Assembly (NCBI GenBank): GCA_963771885.1
Contig: CAVYVF010000023.1
Coordinates: 672,001 to 736,000, forward strand
Length of the DNA: 64,000 nucleotides
Reading direction: 5' to 3'
Origin: Candidatus Bathyarchaeota archaeon
Lineage (GTDB): Archaea > Thermoproteota > Bathyarchaeia > TCS64
Of the stretch, positions 10,140 through 20,519 are shown piece by piece. The position numbers and the translations under genes are program-made. How positions within the stretch are numbered: position 1 is the first letter of the stretch; each line of letters starts with the position of its first letter. A model generated the notes under the pieces. That model had not been told where the DNA came from, did not search any database, and saw only the letters and a list, made by a program, of their open reading frames with translations.

Positions 10140-11476
10140 TTAGTTGCCTCCTTTACGAGTCTCTGACCACGCTCCAGCAGGAAGGTGGTCGCCTTCTCGT
10201 CTCGTCCCTCTGCTGTGAGCCTTATGAGGGGCTCGGTGCCTGAGGCACGTATGAGTATCCAACCTTCTGGGAGCTGGAGCCTGAGGCCGTCGACGCGGTT
10301 GACCTCAGCGCCACCGAATGCTCCCCTGTAGCCCTGCTCCACTCCCTTCATCGTCTTAGCCCTATCCTTAACCTCTATCTTAGCACTTCGTGTTGGGTAT
10401 TCGGGTGCCTCGGATACGAACTGTGATAGTGTCTGGTCGCGTTCTTCGAGTGCCCGGAGCAGTTTCAGGGCGCCGAGGATACCGTCGGGACACATATGGA
10501 CCTCTGGGAAGATCCATGCGCCAATGGGCTCGCCGCCGAAGACCGCCTTTCTCCGCTCCATCTCTTCTGTGATGTAGGCATCGCCTACGCGGACGCGAAC
10601 TACCTTACCATTAGAGGCTTCGACGACGTCCTCGATGCACATCGAGGCACCGACGTGTGTGACCACGGTTCCGCCGCCGTTTTGCTCAACGGCGTACCCA
10701 GCATACGCTGCTAGGAGCCTGTCTCCGCTGACCGACGCGCCTTTCTCGTCAACCGCCATGAACCTGTCTCCGTCCCCGTCGAAGCCAAAACCCGCTTCGG
10801 CTCCCGTCGCCGTCATATAGGCGCCGAGTCTGCCAAGGTTCTCAGTAGTAGGCTCCGGGTCGCCGGCGGGAAAGTGGCCATCGGGGTGGCCGTTTATGAT
10901 CGATGCGTGAAGTCCAACCGTCTCGAACGCCTGGGAAGCGATAATGCTAGTGGCGCCGCAGTAGCAATCACAGGCGATCTTCCACTCCTTGCTCAATTCT
11001 AGACTTTCTTGTAATACGTCGAGGTACATCCACGTGGCGTCAACCTCCTCTGCCGAACCTACGCCGTCCCAAGGGGCGAAGTCGATTTCGTCGCCCTGGA
11101 GAAGGGACTCGACAGGCCCCTGCTCCTTCTCGGTGAGGCTCATGCCCCGGGAATTGAAGACCTTTAGCCCGTTGTACTGAGGCGGGTTATGGCTCGCGGA
11201 TATTGCTACGCCTGCGTTTGCCTCGAGTTCTCGGGTTAGCCACGCAATGACTGGCGTCGGCAAGAGACCGATGAGCTTGGCGTCGCCCCCACAGGAAGTG
11301 ATGCCTGATGACAGTGCTGATTCTAGCATTGGTCCAGTGACGCGTGCGTCCATGCCGACGACGAACTCTCCGCCCTCGTGTATCGTGGCGAGAGCCGAGC
11401 CGAGCCTCTGGGCGAGTAGGGGCGTGATCTCGACGTTCGCCAGTCCGCGTATGCCTGATGAGCCGAATAGTTTCAC
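10136..11476 (-). CDS. glmM: Phosphoglucosamine mutase
   Basis: LFGSSGIRG, ISASHNP, FDGDGDR, IRASGTEP; adjacent to glmU. Confidence 0.9.
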   Translation of the reverse strand: MKLFGSSGIRGLANVEITPLLAQRLGSALATIHEGGEFVVGMDARVTGPMLESALSSGITSCGGDAKLIGLLPTPVIAWLTRELEANAGVAISASHNPPQYNGLKVFNSRGMSLTEKEQGPVESLLQGDEIDFAPWDGVGSAEEVDATWMYLDVLQESLELSKEWKIACDCYCGATSIIASQAFETVGLHASIINGHPDGHFPAGDPEPTTENLGRLGAYMTATGAEAGFGFDGDGDRFMAVDEKGASVSGDRLLAAYAGYAVEQNGGGTVVTHVGASMCIEDVVEASNGKVVRVRVGDAYITEEMERRKAVFGGEPIGAWIFPEVHMCPDGILGALKLLRALEERDQTLSQFVSEAPEYPTRSAKIEVKDRAKTMKGVEQGYRGAFGGAEVNRVDGLRLQLPEGWILIRASGTEPLIRLTAEGRDEKATTFLLERGQRLVKEATK

Positions 11477-12066
11477 CTAGAATGCCTCCTGGGGACGAAT
11501 CTGCGTATAGGGTCAACCCTCAAAAACCTTTCCAACTCGTGTATGGTGACACCCCGCTTGACGTCGCCGAAGATGTCACATCGCTCCTCCACGTACTCGG
11601 CAGGGCTCCTGACGACGACCTCGACCTCATCCGGCGGCACGTCAATCTTGAAGTGGTAGGCGTGGACGCCGCCCTTGAATGTGACGTCCCCCTTCTCCTT
11701 GATGACGTATCCTCCGAGAGCTGCCTCGACGTCCTTAGAGCTACGAGCTAGGGCGATGAGGTCGATGTCGCTCCCCCTCCTCGCGGTACCCCTCCACACG
11801 CTCCCGATGAGCCTGGGGCTGAAGCTTGAGAGACTACTCATGACGCGCAGGGCTGTCCGCCTCATTTCGACTAGACGCCTTCGCCTCTCGCCTCCCTCCT
11901 CCTCGTCCGCTATCCGGTCAAGCTCGATGGCAACTTCGTAGTTGCTCGGCATCGCTCTCAATCCGAGGCTGGCGGCCGCCATCTCCTTCGCCTGAATGTA
12001 CTCCTCGGCGGCGCCTGAATAGAGAAGCCTCGCCGCCTCAGCGGCCACAGATGATCTGTCACCCAA
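11473..12066 (-). CDS. Pol-beta-like nucleotidyltransferase-domain protein
   Basis: LIGSVWRG....GSDIDL motif after a helical N-terminus (A.EAARLL...EY..AK..AA). Confidence 0.75.
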   Translation of the reverse strand: MGDRSSVAAEAARLLYSGAAEEYIQAKEMAAASLGLRAMPSNYEVAIELDRIADEEEGGERRRRLVEMRRTALRVMSSLSSFSPRLIGSVWRGTARRGSDIDLIALARSSKDVEAALGGYVIKEKGDVTFKGGVHAYHFKIDVPPDEVEVVVRSPAEYVEERCDIFGDVKRGVTIHELERFLRVDPIRRFVPRRHSR

Positions 12067-12117
12067 CTTGCAGTAGAATTGAACTGAGGGGATTAAACCC
12101 CACCGGGAGTAAAACGG

Positions 12118-12675
12118 TCACTTGTTGTCCTGTAGGACCTTCTTGGTCACTGTTAGGAGGCTGTTCGGGCTGACGGGCTTCATCAGGATCTCCCTTACGT
12201 CCACAGGCTCCTCCTTGAGGCCCTCGGCGAGTTTCTCGTAACCTGTTATCATGACGATCTTTGTTTTCTTGCCCTGCTTCTTCATGATACGAGCTACCTC
12301 GTCACCGTTGATGTCTGGGAGTTTTATGTCGAGGATGATTAGGTCGTAGTTCTTGTCCCTCGTCTTGTGGATCGCCTGCATGCCAGAAGCGGCGATATCG
12401 ACGTGGTAGCCGACGGTCTCGAGTATTACCTTGAAGGTCTCAGTGAGGAACTCATCGTCGTCGACGATGAGGATACTCGACTTACTAGAGACCACCTCTT
12501 CCGCCTCCCTCTTTGCCTCCTCAATTAGCTTCTTATCCTCTGGTTTGATGTCCCCCGACTCGAGCTTCTCAGAGAGCTTCTCCAACCTCTGTGTGATATC
12601 ATATAGGCTCTCCTCATGCTCCTTGAGTATGCTAATTAGGAAGTCCAGGACGTCTATTTTCTCCTTAAGCGACAT
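12118..12675 (-). CDS. Response regulator: N-terminal coiled coil plus receiver domain
   Basis: ILIVDDD, LIILDIKLPD, MITGY, LMKP; likely start MSLKEK at 12675. Confidence 0.9.
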   Translation of the reverse strand: MSLKEKIDVLDFLISILKEHEESLYDITQRLEKLSEKLESGDIKPEDKKLIEEAKREAEEVVSSKSSILIVDDDEFLTETFKVILETVGYHVDIAASGMQAIHKTRDKNYDLIILDIKLPDINGDEVARIMKKQGKKTKIVMITGYEKLAEGLKEEPVDVREILMKPVSPNSLLTVTKKVLQDNK

Positions 12676-13144
12676 TATACGAGACCTGTAGTCTCCTCTG
12701 CGCCCGTGATAAAAGCGGTTGTGGATTTCTGATCCATATATTTTATAGGATTTTATGAGGTTTCCCACATTTTTTTTCCGGTATGGGTTAGTGGAAGGTG
12801 AGGAGAGGTCCGACTGAATAGTCATAGTTCTTGGTCGCGCATTTGGATGTCTTGGGTTGCAGGTTTTTTTTGGCTTTCTTGGGCGGCGGCTAGAACAACT
12901 GCGGGTGATCCTAAGGTGTTGTATGGGGTTCCATTTACTATCGTAGCGCTGGGCTAATGCATCCGCGCCGGCTGGTTGACTTGGCTGGTCTATCTCTTAA
13001 CCCTGTCTGCTACTCTACCTGGCCCACCCGCTCCGTTTTTTAAAGGATTGAGCAGGCGTACAGATGCCTAGGTGAAGTCTCAAACTCATATCAGTAAATA
13101 GCTTGGAAAACCTTATGTTTGCGCCCCCCAAGTGTGTGCTTAAT

Positions 13145-13414
13145 ATGCCTAGGAGAGGAAAGGTCGAGATCTATATTGAGGTCCTCGAAATTGTAATGAA
13201 GGGTGAGGCAAAGCCCACGAGGATCATGTATAGCGCCAACCTCTCCTGGAAGGTTTTCCAGAATGTCCTCACCAACCTGATTACTCAGGGGCTGATTAAC
13301 GAGAATGAGGAACCGGCAGGCAAGGACAGGGATGTGAAGAGATACGAGATCACCGAGTCTGGGATGAACGTGCTAAAGTACTTCCGGAAGGCGACGACTG
13401 CTCTCCCGAAGTAG
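13145..13414 (+). CDS. Archaeal winged-helix transcription regulator
   Basis: RR.K.EIY.EVL, PTRIMYSANLSW, YEITESG. Confidence 0.88.
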   Translation: MPRRGKVEIYIEVLEIVMKGEAKPTRIMYSANLSWKVFQNVLTNLITQGLINENEEPAGKDRDVKRYEITESGMNVLKYFRKATTALPK

Positions 13415-13452
13415 GACTTCGTTTATATCGAGTGGGCATTCACTGCCTGTCA

Positions 13453-14013
13453 ATGGACTACTCGGGGCCTCTCGACGCCGGTTCGCTCTTCAGCGAGATT
13501 AATGCTGTTTTTAAGAAGTATGGCGTCGGGAAGGGCGTCGGCTTCGTGCCGGATCGGCTTGAGGTCGTAATGGACCGTGCCACCTCAGGGGCATGTACAC
13601 TCATTTATAGGGAGTTCTTCACCTACCTGCCCCCTGACGTGATGGAGCTGGCGATGGGGAACGCCGTCGAGTTCCTCGGGGGCCTCGGCGTTCCGAGGGA
13701 GAGGATTAAGAAGCTAGATAGAGGCGTCGAGGTCACCCTTGAGGGCGACGCCCGGATCGCCTACTTCCCTATGCTGGAGATGCTCATACAGGATCGGGGT
13801 GTTGCGGGGAATGTAGACGCCGCCCTCGACTCCCTAAAGGGATCGATACGATCACTGATGGAGCTCTTCAACTTTACATGGGGCTGGGACAGAGAGTCTG
13901 AGACGATATGGAGGAGCAACGTAGCGAGACTCAACGAAGTCATCGAGGCCAACCCTGGTATGCAGGGGGAGATAGAAGAAATAGTCAAGAGACATTCACA
14001 GAGTCGGGCTTAG
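13453..14013 (+). CDS. Hypothetical protein
   Basis: Long ORF with host-like codons preceded by TTTATA; no family recognised. Confidence 0.6.
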   Translation: MDYSGPLDAGSLFSEINAVFKKYGVGKGVGFVPDRLEVVMDRATSGACTLIYREFFTYLPPDVMELAMGNAVEFLGGLGVPRERIKKLDRGVEVTLEGDARIAYFPMLEMLIQDRGVAGNVDAALDSLKGSIRSLMELFNFTWGWDRESETIWRSNVARLNEVIEANPGMQGEIEEIVKRHSQSRA

Positions 14014-14270
14014 TTTTTCCCTTTGGGAAAATGTGGCTCTCCAATTGTTGAATAGCCGCTTGATGTGGATATTCCGCTAAATGGTATGGCGTAATATCCC
14101 CATCTGAGTCGCTGTTGCTTGAGCGCTGGTTTGGGATTTTCTTCATCGTTGACGTCCCCGAGACGGCATCGTGAACTCGAATATTTTACAGGGAACGGTT
14201 TTTTTCCGCGTCGGTGGCTGACACCAGGGATGAAGTTGAGGGGATGAATGAAGAGGCACTCGACGCAGGC

Positions 14271-14746
14271 TTAGAATGTAATCTCTTTGCTTTTCTTCCC
14301 CGTCATTCCGGTTATTGTTATTCTACCAACCATGGCTCGAGTCAGGTTCGCGTCTAGCACCCTCTTCAGTCCCTCGGAGGGGGCGCCGAGCCCCTCGTTT
14401 GTGGCGATGAAGGCGTGCAGCTTCTCCACGGGATCGTCTATGAAGGTGAATGTGCCTTCAAACATCACAGAGGAAAAGTTCTGCCTACAGTCGTCTGCCC
14501 CGCCGTAGAAGCCATGATCTATTACGGCCTGCCCCCAGACGTTTGGGTTCTCTCTGAGTATGTTGAGCTTCTTTCCTTCTGGCGCGGAATGGACGTAGAT
14601 GCAGTTCCTCTCTTCGTCGTAGGCGTGCGTTTAAGGAGACGAGATAAGGCTTTTCGCCGGCACATAGCGAGGGTTATGTACTTGGCCTGCCGGAGGACGC
14701 GGCGGAGTTGGGCTGGGTCACTGAACTGTTTGTCACCTCTCCTCAT
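14271..14746 (-). pseudogene. Pyridoxamine 5'-phosphate oxidase-like flavin-binding protein with two frameshifts
   Basis: MRRGDK..LAMC / GEKPYLVSLN / HAYDEERNCIYVHSAPEGKKLNILRENPNV..SVMFEG in three frames; breaks at ~14630-14660. Confidence 0.75.
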
Positions 14747-14829
14747 ATGGAAGTCATGGTATCATAAGCGTCCCTCTGTGGATTAATACCGGCGGTCGAT
14801 CGCCCCCACCTCGATAATGGTATATAGGC

Positions 14830-16074
14830 GTGGACCCCCGAGCATGGGAAATGGAAGGCGGTTCCTCGGGGCCGGGTGGGTTCAAGTGGGCGGTCCTCGG
14901 CATAAGCTGGATGGCTTACATGAGTGCCTATCTCGTCAGAACTTCGGTGGCGCCGCTGTCTCCCTTCATAATCGAGGGTCTGAGCCTGAGCAAGTTCCAG
15001 GTCGGGCTCTTAGTTTCAGCCTCCGCCCTTGGCTACATGGCGTTCCAACTACCGGCGGGATGGCTCGTTGACCGAGTGGGTGTCCGGAAGATGCTCTTCG
15101 TGGGGCCCCTCGTGGCGGGGATATTCGCCCTCGGGATGTACTTCGCGGCGGGCTTCCCTATGGCGCTCGCTGTGATGGTGTTGGCGGGCTTCGGTTGTGG
15201 CTGCTTCCCCACCGTGGCGACGAAGGCTGTGCTCCAATGGTTCCCGCTGCGTGAGCGGGCAACCGCGATAGGAATCAACCAGACATCTCTGAACATGGCG
15301 GGCGTTATCACAGCATCAATACTGCCAACACTGGCACTCGCATACGGCTGGCGCGCCGCCTTCATCCCCGTCGGGCTGATACCCATCGCGGCCTCGATTG
15401 CCGCCTACACGCTCTACCGCGAGCCCGCTGGTTCGGAGCAGAAGGTGAACGCAGGGGGCGGTGCCTCGTGGGAGTCGATACGCGGCGTCTTCTTTGACAG
15501 GAACATCGTGCTTGTCGCCCTCGCGTGCATGGGGCTCTGCGTCTGCGAGTTCGCATTCATCGGCTACCTTGTAATCTACCTGAAGGAGGTCGTTGGAGTC
15601 TCCGTCGCCGTAGCTGGCGGATACTTAGCACTCGCAAACATGGGTGGGGCAGTGGGCAAACCCTTCTTCGGCGCCTTAAGCGACAGAGTCTTTGCCGGGA
15701 GCAGGAGAAAGCCCCTCATAATCGTGGGCGTCCTCATCCTTGTGCTGACGGTCGCCATGCAGGTGGTCAGTGCCTCGACACCGGGTTGGCTACTGTTCGG
15801 CGTTATCGTACTCTTCGGATTCACCGCCATCGGGTGGGGCGGGATGAACCTCGTCCTCGCCTCCGAGTTCGCGGGGAGGGAGAACGCTGGCCTCGCTGTC
15901 GGATACGCCGCGACCATATCCCTCATCGGCAATCTCGCTGGGCCACCGCTCTTCGGTTGGCTAGCTGACGCCTCCGGCTCATACACGCTAAGCTGGTGGC
16001 TACTCACGGCCTCCGCAATAGTTGCTGTGATTCTGCTCCTCCTCGTACAGGAGAGCAAGCGTAAGGCCGGCTGA
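14830..16074 (+). CDS. MFS transporter
   Basis: 12 TM pattern, GWLVDRVGVRK motif A, WFP.RERA. Confidence 0.92.
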   Translation: MDPRAWEMEGGSSGPGGFKWAVLGISWMAYMSAYLVRTSVAPLSPFIIEGLSLSKFQVGLLVSASALGYMAFQLPAGWLVDRVGVRKMLFVGPLVAGIFALGMYFAAGFPMALAVMVLAGFGCGCFPTVATKAVLQWFPLRERATAIGINQTSLNMAGVITASILPTLALAYGWRAAFIPVGLIPIAASIAAYTLYREPAGSEQKVNAGGGASWESIRGVFFDRNIVLVALACMGLCVCEFAFIGYLVIYLKEVVGVSVAVAGGYLALANMGGAVGKPFFGALSDRVFAGSRRKPLIIVGVLILVLTVAMQVVSASTPGWLLFGVIVLFGFTAIGWGGMNLVLASEFAGRENAGLAVGYAATISLIGNLAGPPLFGWLADASGSYTLSWWLLTASAIVAVILLLLVQESKRKAG

Positions 16075-16131
16075 GACCCGTCGTAAAGGTTTTTATCGGT
16101 TCTCCTCACGATGCTGTTGAAGGATGCGGGG

Positions 16132-17125
16132 ATGGATCCACAAATCTGCCTAGGCATAGAGTCCACTGCTGACAACCTAGGTGTGGGTATTGCCTCAAGC
16201 GACGGTAAGATCCTCGCAAACGAGGTGAAGGTGCACGTCCCCGACCTCGGTGGGATACACCCACGGGAGGCGGCACGCCACCACTCCGAGAATATAGGTG
16301 CCGTTATCACCGCCGCGTTGAACAAGGCACAGATCACGGCGAAGGACATCAACTTCGTCTCATTTGCTCAGGGCCCCGGTCTGGGTCCTTGCCTGCGCAC
16401 CGGAGCAACGGGGGCACGTGCACTCGCCAGTTACCTAAAGGTTCCCCTCGTCGGCGTCAACCACTGCATAAGCCACATCGAGGTGGGACGACTTGCCACC
16501 GGCGCCAAGGACCCACTCACGCTCTATGTCTCGGGTGGCAATACTATCGTCTCGGGTTTCGAATCGGGGCGCTACCGCGTCTTCGGGGAGACCCTCGACA
16601 TCGCCATCGGCAACTGCCTCGACACCTTCGCCCGCCTGGTTGGGCTGGAGTATCCCGGCGGACCCGCAATCGAGAAATTCGCCGCTGAGGGCAAGAAGCT
16701 CATCCCCCTCCCATACGCCGTCAAGGGCATGGACATGAGCTTCAGTGGCCTCCTCACTGCCGTGAGCAACGAATTCCGCTCCGGCGAGCATAGCATATCC
16801 GACCTCTGCTACAGCCTCCAGGAGACGGGTTACGCGATGCTTGGGTGAGGTCACTGAGAGGGCTCTCGCCCACACTCGCAAGCCCGAGCTACTGCTCACA
16901 GGCGGCGTAGGAGCCAACAAGAGGCTCCGCGGAGTCATAAAAGAGATAGCAGAGGAGCAGGGCGCCCAACCATACTATGTGCCCATCAGCCTCGCAACCG
17001 ATAACGGCGCCATGATCGCGTGGACTGGCATACTCGCTTACCAGAACGGCGTCAGGACCCCCATAGAGACGAGCTACGTCGACCCTAAGTGGAGGCTTGA
17101 CGAGGTGGATATACCATGGCGCTGA
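16132..17125 (+). CDS. kae1: KEOPS tRNA threonylcarbamoyltransferase Kae1; frameshifted at ~16844
   Basis: LGIESTA, GGIHPREA, GPGLGPCL, VNHC..H, SGGNT; the C-terminus EVTERA..TDNGAMIAW is in the +1 frame after CTT-GGG-TGA. Confidence 0.93.
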
Positions 17126-17754
17126 AAACCATCGCGAAGGGTGCGGAGGCAGACCTCATTCTCGACACCGACTGGAACGGGAGGAAGGCGCTCTTAAAGC
17201 GCCGAGGCGTGAAGAAGTATCGGCATCCACAGATCGACAGGGACATACGCCGTTACCGGACTCTCCATGAGGCGGACCTCATTCACCGAGCGAAGGAGGC
17301 TGGCGTGCCTACACCCCTCATCTACCAACTCGATCCTGAGGGCGCCACCATAGTCATGGAGTATATCGAGGGAATAAAGGTCAGAGACGCCGTTCCAATG
17401 CTGAGCCTTGAGGAGAACCGTTCCCTCTTCCGCCTCATCGGTGAGGAGTCTGGCAGACTCCACAAGGCGTCCCTCATCCACGGCGACCTCACAACCAGCA
17501 ACCTGATCAAGGACGGCGACCGCGTTGTCTTCATCGACTTTGGACTCGGCGAGGTCAGCAAGGAGGTCGAGAAGCGTGGCGTCGACTTCAACCTCATGGT
17601 GCGCATGCTTGCGAGCACCCACTACACCATCATGGAGCCCCTCCTCGAGTCATTCATGGAGGGCTACCGAAAATCTATGGGCGCGGAGGCGGAGGGGGTA
17701 TTCCAGCGCGCCGACGAGATCAGGCGCAGGGGACGCTACATTGATAAAGACTAG
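17116..17754 (+). CDS. bud32: KEOPS kinase/ATPase Bud32
   Basis: GAEA, K.YRHP..D, IHGDLTTSN, IDFGL, RGRY. Confidence 0.95.
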   Translation: MALKTIAKGAEADLILDTDWNGRKALLKRRGVKKYRHPQIDRDIRRYRTLHEADLIHRAKEAGVPTPLIYQLDPEGATIVMEYIEGIKVRDAVPMLSLEENRSLFRLIGEESGRLHKASLIHGDLTTSNLIKDGDRVVFIDFGLGEVSKEVEKRGVDFNLMVRMLASTHYTIMEPLLESFMEGYRKSMGAEAEGVFQRADEIRRRGRYIDKD

Positions 17755-18298
17755 CATCTGGTTCGCCACGGGAAACAGGCACAAGGTCCAGGAGGCGGCG
17801 GAGGTCCTCGCCTCATATGGCATAAGGCTCGAACACTACCCCCTCGAGCGCGTCGAGATACAGGCAGACGACCCGGCAGAGATAGCCGCCTACAGCCTCG
17901 CGCAGGTAGACGACCCTCGCCCCATGTGTGTCGAGGACGCAGGTGTCGCCGTGGACCGATGGGGAGGATTCCCCGGCCCCTACAGCAGCTACGTCCTCGA
18001 GCGCCTCGGAAACCCGGGGATACTCAGGCTCATGGAGGGCGAGGCGAACCGGAAGGCGCACTACGTCTCCGCCGTCGCCTACCGCGACGAGTCCGGTGAA
18101 ATCCACACATTCTACGGCTACGTCCATGGCGAGATAGCCCACAGCATCCGTGGCACCAACGGCTTCGGCTACGACCCCATATTCATCCCCGCCGAGGGCG
18201 ACGGCAGCACCTTCGGGGAGATGCCGCCGGAGGCCAAGAACGCGATCAGCCACCGGGCGCGCGCCTTCAGGGCCCTCGCCGAGTGGTTAAATACCTAG
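17741..18298 (+). CDS. rdgB: XTP/dITP diphosphatase (HAM1/RdgB)
   Basis: ATGN.HK, EDAG, GFPGPYS, FGYDPIF, KNAISHR; TTG start at 17741. Confidence 0.95.
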   Translation: MIKTSIWFATGNRHKVQEAAEVLASYGIRLEHYPLERVEIQADDPAEIAAYSLAQVDDPRPMCVEDAGVAVDRWGGFPGPYSSYVLERLGNPGILRLMEGEANRKAHYVSAVAYRDESGEIHTFYGYVHGEIAHSIRGTNGFGYDPIFIPAEGDGSTFGEMPPEAKNAISHRARAFRALAEWLNT

Positions 18299-18404
18299 TC
18301 CGTTTCGACCATGAAGTAAGCCATCTGCGGCTCGCTGAAAATTAGTAAAGTTTTTTAAACCACTCGGAGCCTTACACTGACGCATTCCAGCAAAGGCGAA
18401 CGCA

Positions 18405-18851
18405 ATGGTCGGCAAACTAACTAGCATGCGGGGGCGCTCCCTCAGCCAGAGGCCCGTCTCCAAGAGGCCACCCACCTGGGTGGTCTACCAGCCAGACGAG
18501 GTCAAGGCGCTCATAATCAACCTAGCGAGGGAAGGGCGCAAGCAGAGTGAGATCGGCAATGTCCTCCGCGACGAGCACGGCATCCCGCTCGTGAAGCCGA
18601 TAGTCGGCTACGGCATCCGCAAGGTGCTCACAGAGGCCGGCCTCGCCACAACTATCCCCGAGGACCTGTACAACCTCATGGTTCGCGCCACGAAGATGAA
18701 GCGCCACATGGAGCGTAACAAGAAGGACTACGGCAACAAGCGTGGCCTCCAGCTCACGGAGTCGATGATCTACAGGCTCACGAAGTATTACAAGAGCAAG
18801 AACATCCTGCCGAAGGACTGGAACTACAGGGACGAGATCGTCACCATCTAG
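18405..18851 (+). CDS. rps15: 30S ribosomal protein S15 (uS15/S13e)
   Basis: IG..LRDEHGIP, IPEDLYNL, RGLQLTES.IYRL.KYYK. Confidence 0.96.
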   Translation: MVGKLTSMRGRSLSQRPVSKRPPTWVVYQPDEVKALIINLAREGRKQSEIGNVLRDEHGIPLVKPIVGYGIRKVLTEAGLATTIPEDLYNLMVRATKMKRHMERNKKDYGNKRGLQLTESMIYRLTKYYKSKNILPKDWNYRDEIVTI

Positions 18852-18862
18852 TCTGAGCAGGT

Positions 18863-20290
18863 ATGGAGCCTCCAAGGGAGTTTTTATCCTCCTTTAAGCC
18901 CGCCGCCGATCTTTTCAGGGCACACGTGGAGAAGGGCTCCATCATCCGTATCCTCACACATAACGACGCGGACGGCGTCGCCAGCGGGGGCATACTGAGC
19001 AGGGCTACAAAGAGAGCGGGCGTCCCCTTCAAGATCACGATAGAGAAGCGCCTCGACGAGCAGATACTTAGGGGGGTCGCCGAGGAGAAGCCGTCACTCG
19101 TCGTCCTCACCGATTTCGGCTCCGGGTACCTTGAGCTCGTGGGCAAGGCGCTGCAGGGCGTCGATGCTATCATCCTTGACCACCATATGCCGATGGGGGA
19201 CGCCCCCCCGCGTGTCGTTCAGGTCAACCCCCTACTTCACGGCATCGACGGCAGCCGGGATCTCGCCGCCAGCGGTGTAAGCTACTTCTTCGCCAGGACG
19301 CTCGACGCTAAGAATGTCGACCTCTCGCCACTTGGCCTCGTTGGGGCGCTCGGCGACCAGCAGGACAAGGGGGAGAAGAAGAGTCTCAAGGGCGTAAACA
19401 CCTTCATCGAGGAGGAAGCGACAGCTGCGGGGCTCCTATCGAAGAGTGTCGACCTCATCTTCTACGGCCATGAGACACGCCCCGTCGCGCGCGCAATCGC
19501 GAACACGACCACACCCTTCATCCCCGGCCTAAGCGGGAGGGAAGATAGCACAGTTGCTTTCCTAGACCATATAGGAATCCCACTCAAGACGGGCGACCGT
19601 ATGAGGAGCCTAAGCGACCTCGACGAGGAGGAGAAGAGGAAGCTCTTCAGCTCCCTGAGTAGCCACATGGTGGCGCAGGGTTGTGACGCCAAAACCGTCC
19701 ACAACCTCATCGGCACAGTCTACACGTTCACGAAAGAGGAGGCGACCACCCCCATGCGGGATGGGCGCGAGTACTCGAGTCTCCTCAACGCGTGTGCACG
19801 CATGAGACGCCCCAGCCTTGGTATTGGTATTTGTCTCGGCGACCGCGGGGAGGCCATGCGGGACGCGGAGAAGACCGTCGACGAGTACCGCCGAAAGATC
19901 GGCGGCTACCTCGACTGGGTGAGGGCCGGCGATAGGATCAGGGAGATGAAGGCGATCTACGTCCTGAGCGCGGGTGGGGACATAGACGAGAACATAGTCG
20001 GCGTCGTCTCTAGTATACTACTCGGGCAGGGGATACTCAAGAGCACGAAGCCCATCGTCTCCGCAGCTAACAGCGACGACGGCACCGTAAAGATCAGCTC
20101 TCGCATCGCCGAGGGGACCGCCTACATGGGCATTCACCTCGGCAAGGTGATGCAGGAGGCGGCGGGAGGCGTCGGCGGGGCCGGTGGGGGGCATGACAAC
20201 GCCGCCGGAGCATTCATACCTCAGGGCAGGGAGGAGGATTTCATGAGGAGGGTCGACGATCTTGTCGCCGAGAAGTGGAGCGGAAGCTGA
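18863..20290 (+). CDS. RecJ-like DHH/DHHA1 phosphoesterase
   Basis: HNDADG, DFGSG, DHH, GGGHDNAAGA; conserved rps15-DHH-pcc1-rps3ae context. Confidence 0.92.
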   Translation: MEPPREFLSSFKPAADLFRAHVEKGSIIRILTHNDADGVASGGILSRATKRAGVPFKITIEKRLDEQILRGVAEEKPSLVVLTDFGSGYLELVGKALQGVDAIILDHHMPMGDAPPRVVQVNPLLHGIDGSRDLAASGVSYFFARTLDAKNVDLSPLGLVGALGDQQDKGEKKSLKGVNTFIEEEATAAGLLSKSVDLIFYGHETRPVARAIANTTTPFIPGLSGREDSTVAFLDHIGIPLKTGDRMRSLSDLDEEEKRKLFSSLSSHMVAQGCDAKTVHNLIGTVYTFTKEEATTPMRDGREYSSLLNACARMRRPSLGIGICLGDRGEAMRDAEKTVDEYRRKIGGYLDWVRAGDRIREMKAIYVLSAGGDIDENIVGVVSSILLGQGILKSTKPIVSAANSDDGTVKISSRIAEGTAYMGIHLGKVMQEAAGGVGGAGGGHDNAAGAFIPQGREEDFMRRVDDLVAEKWSGS

Positions 20291-20519
20291 GCTTACCCTG
20301 CGTTATCCGGACGAGGAGATGGCGAGGGCGGTCGCCGAGGCTGTCAGCCCCGACAACTATCAGGCTCCTCAAGGTATGGAGGTTACTATAAAGAGGATGG
20401 ACTCGCAAGTCGATGTCAGTATTAGATGCCCCAAGGGGGTTGGCAGTCTCATCTCGACTCTCGACGATCTGCTCAGCTGCTTCGCCGCGGCGGAGAAGGC
20501 CCTCGGTTGTATGGCCTGA
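20262..20519 (+). CDS. pcc1: KEOPS subunit Pcc1
   Basis: AV.PDN and SL.STLDDLL; size and context. Confidence 0.85.
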   Translation: MSPRSGAEAELTLRYPDEEMARAVAEAVSPDNYQAPQGMEVTIKRMDSQVDVSIRCPKGVGSLISTLDDLLSCFAAAEKALGCMA

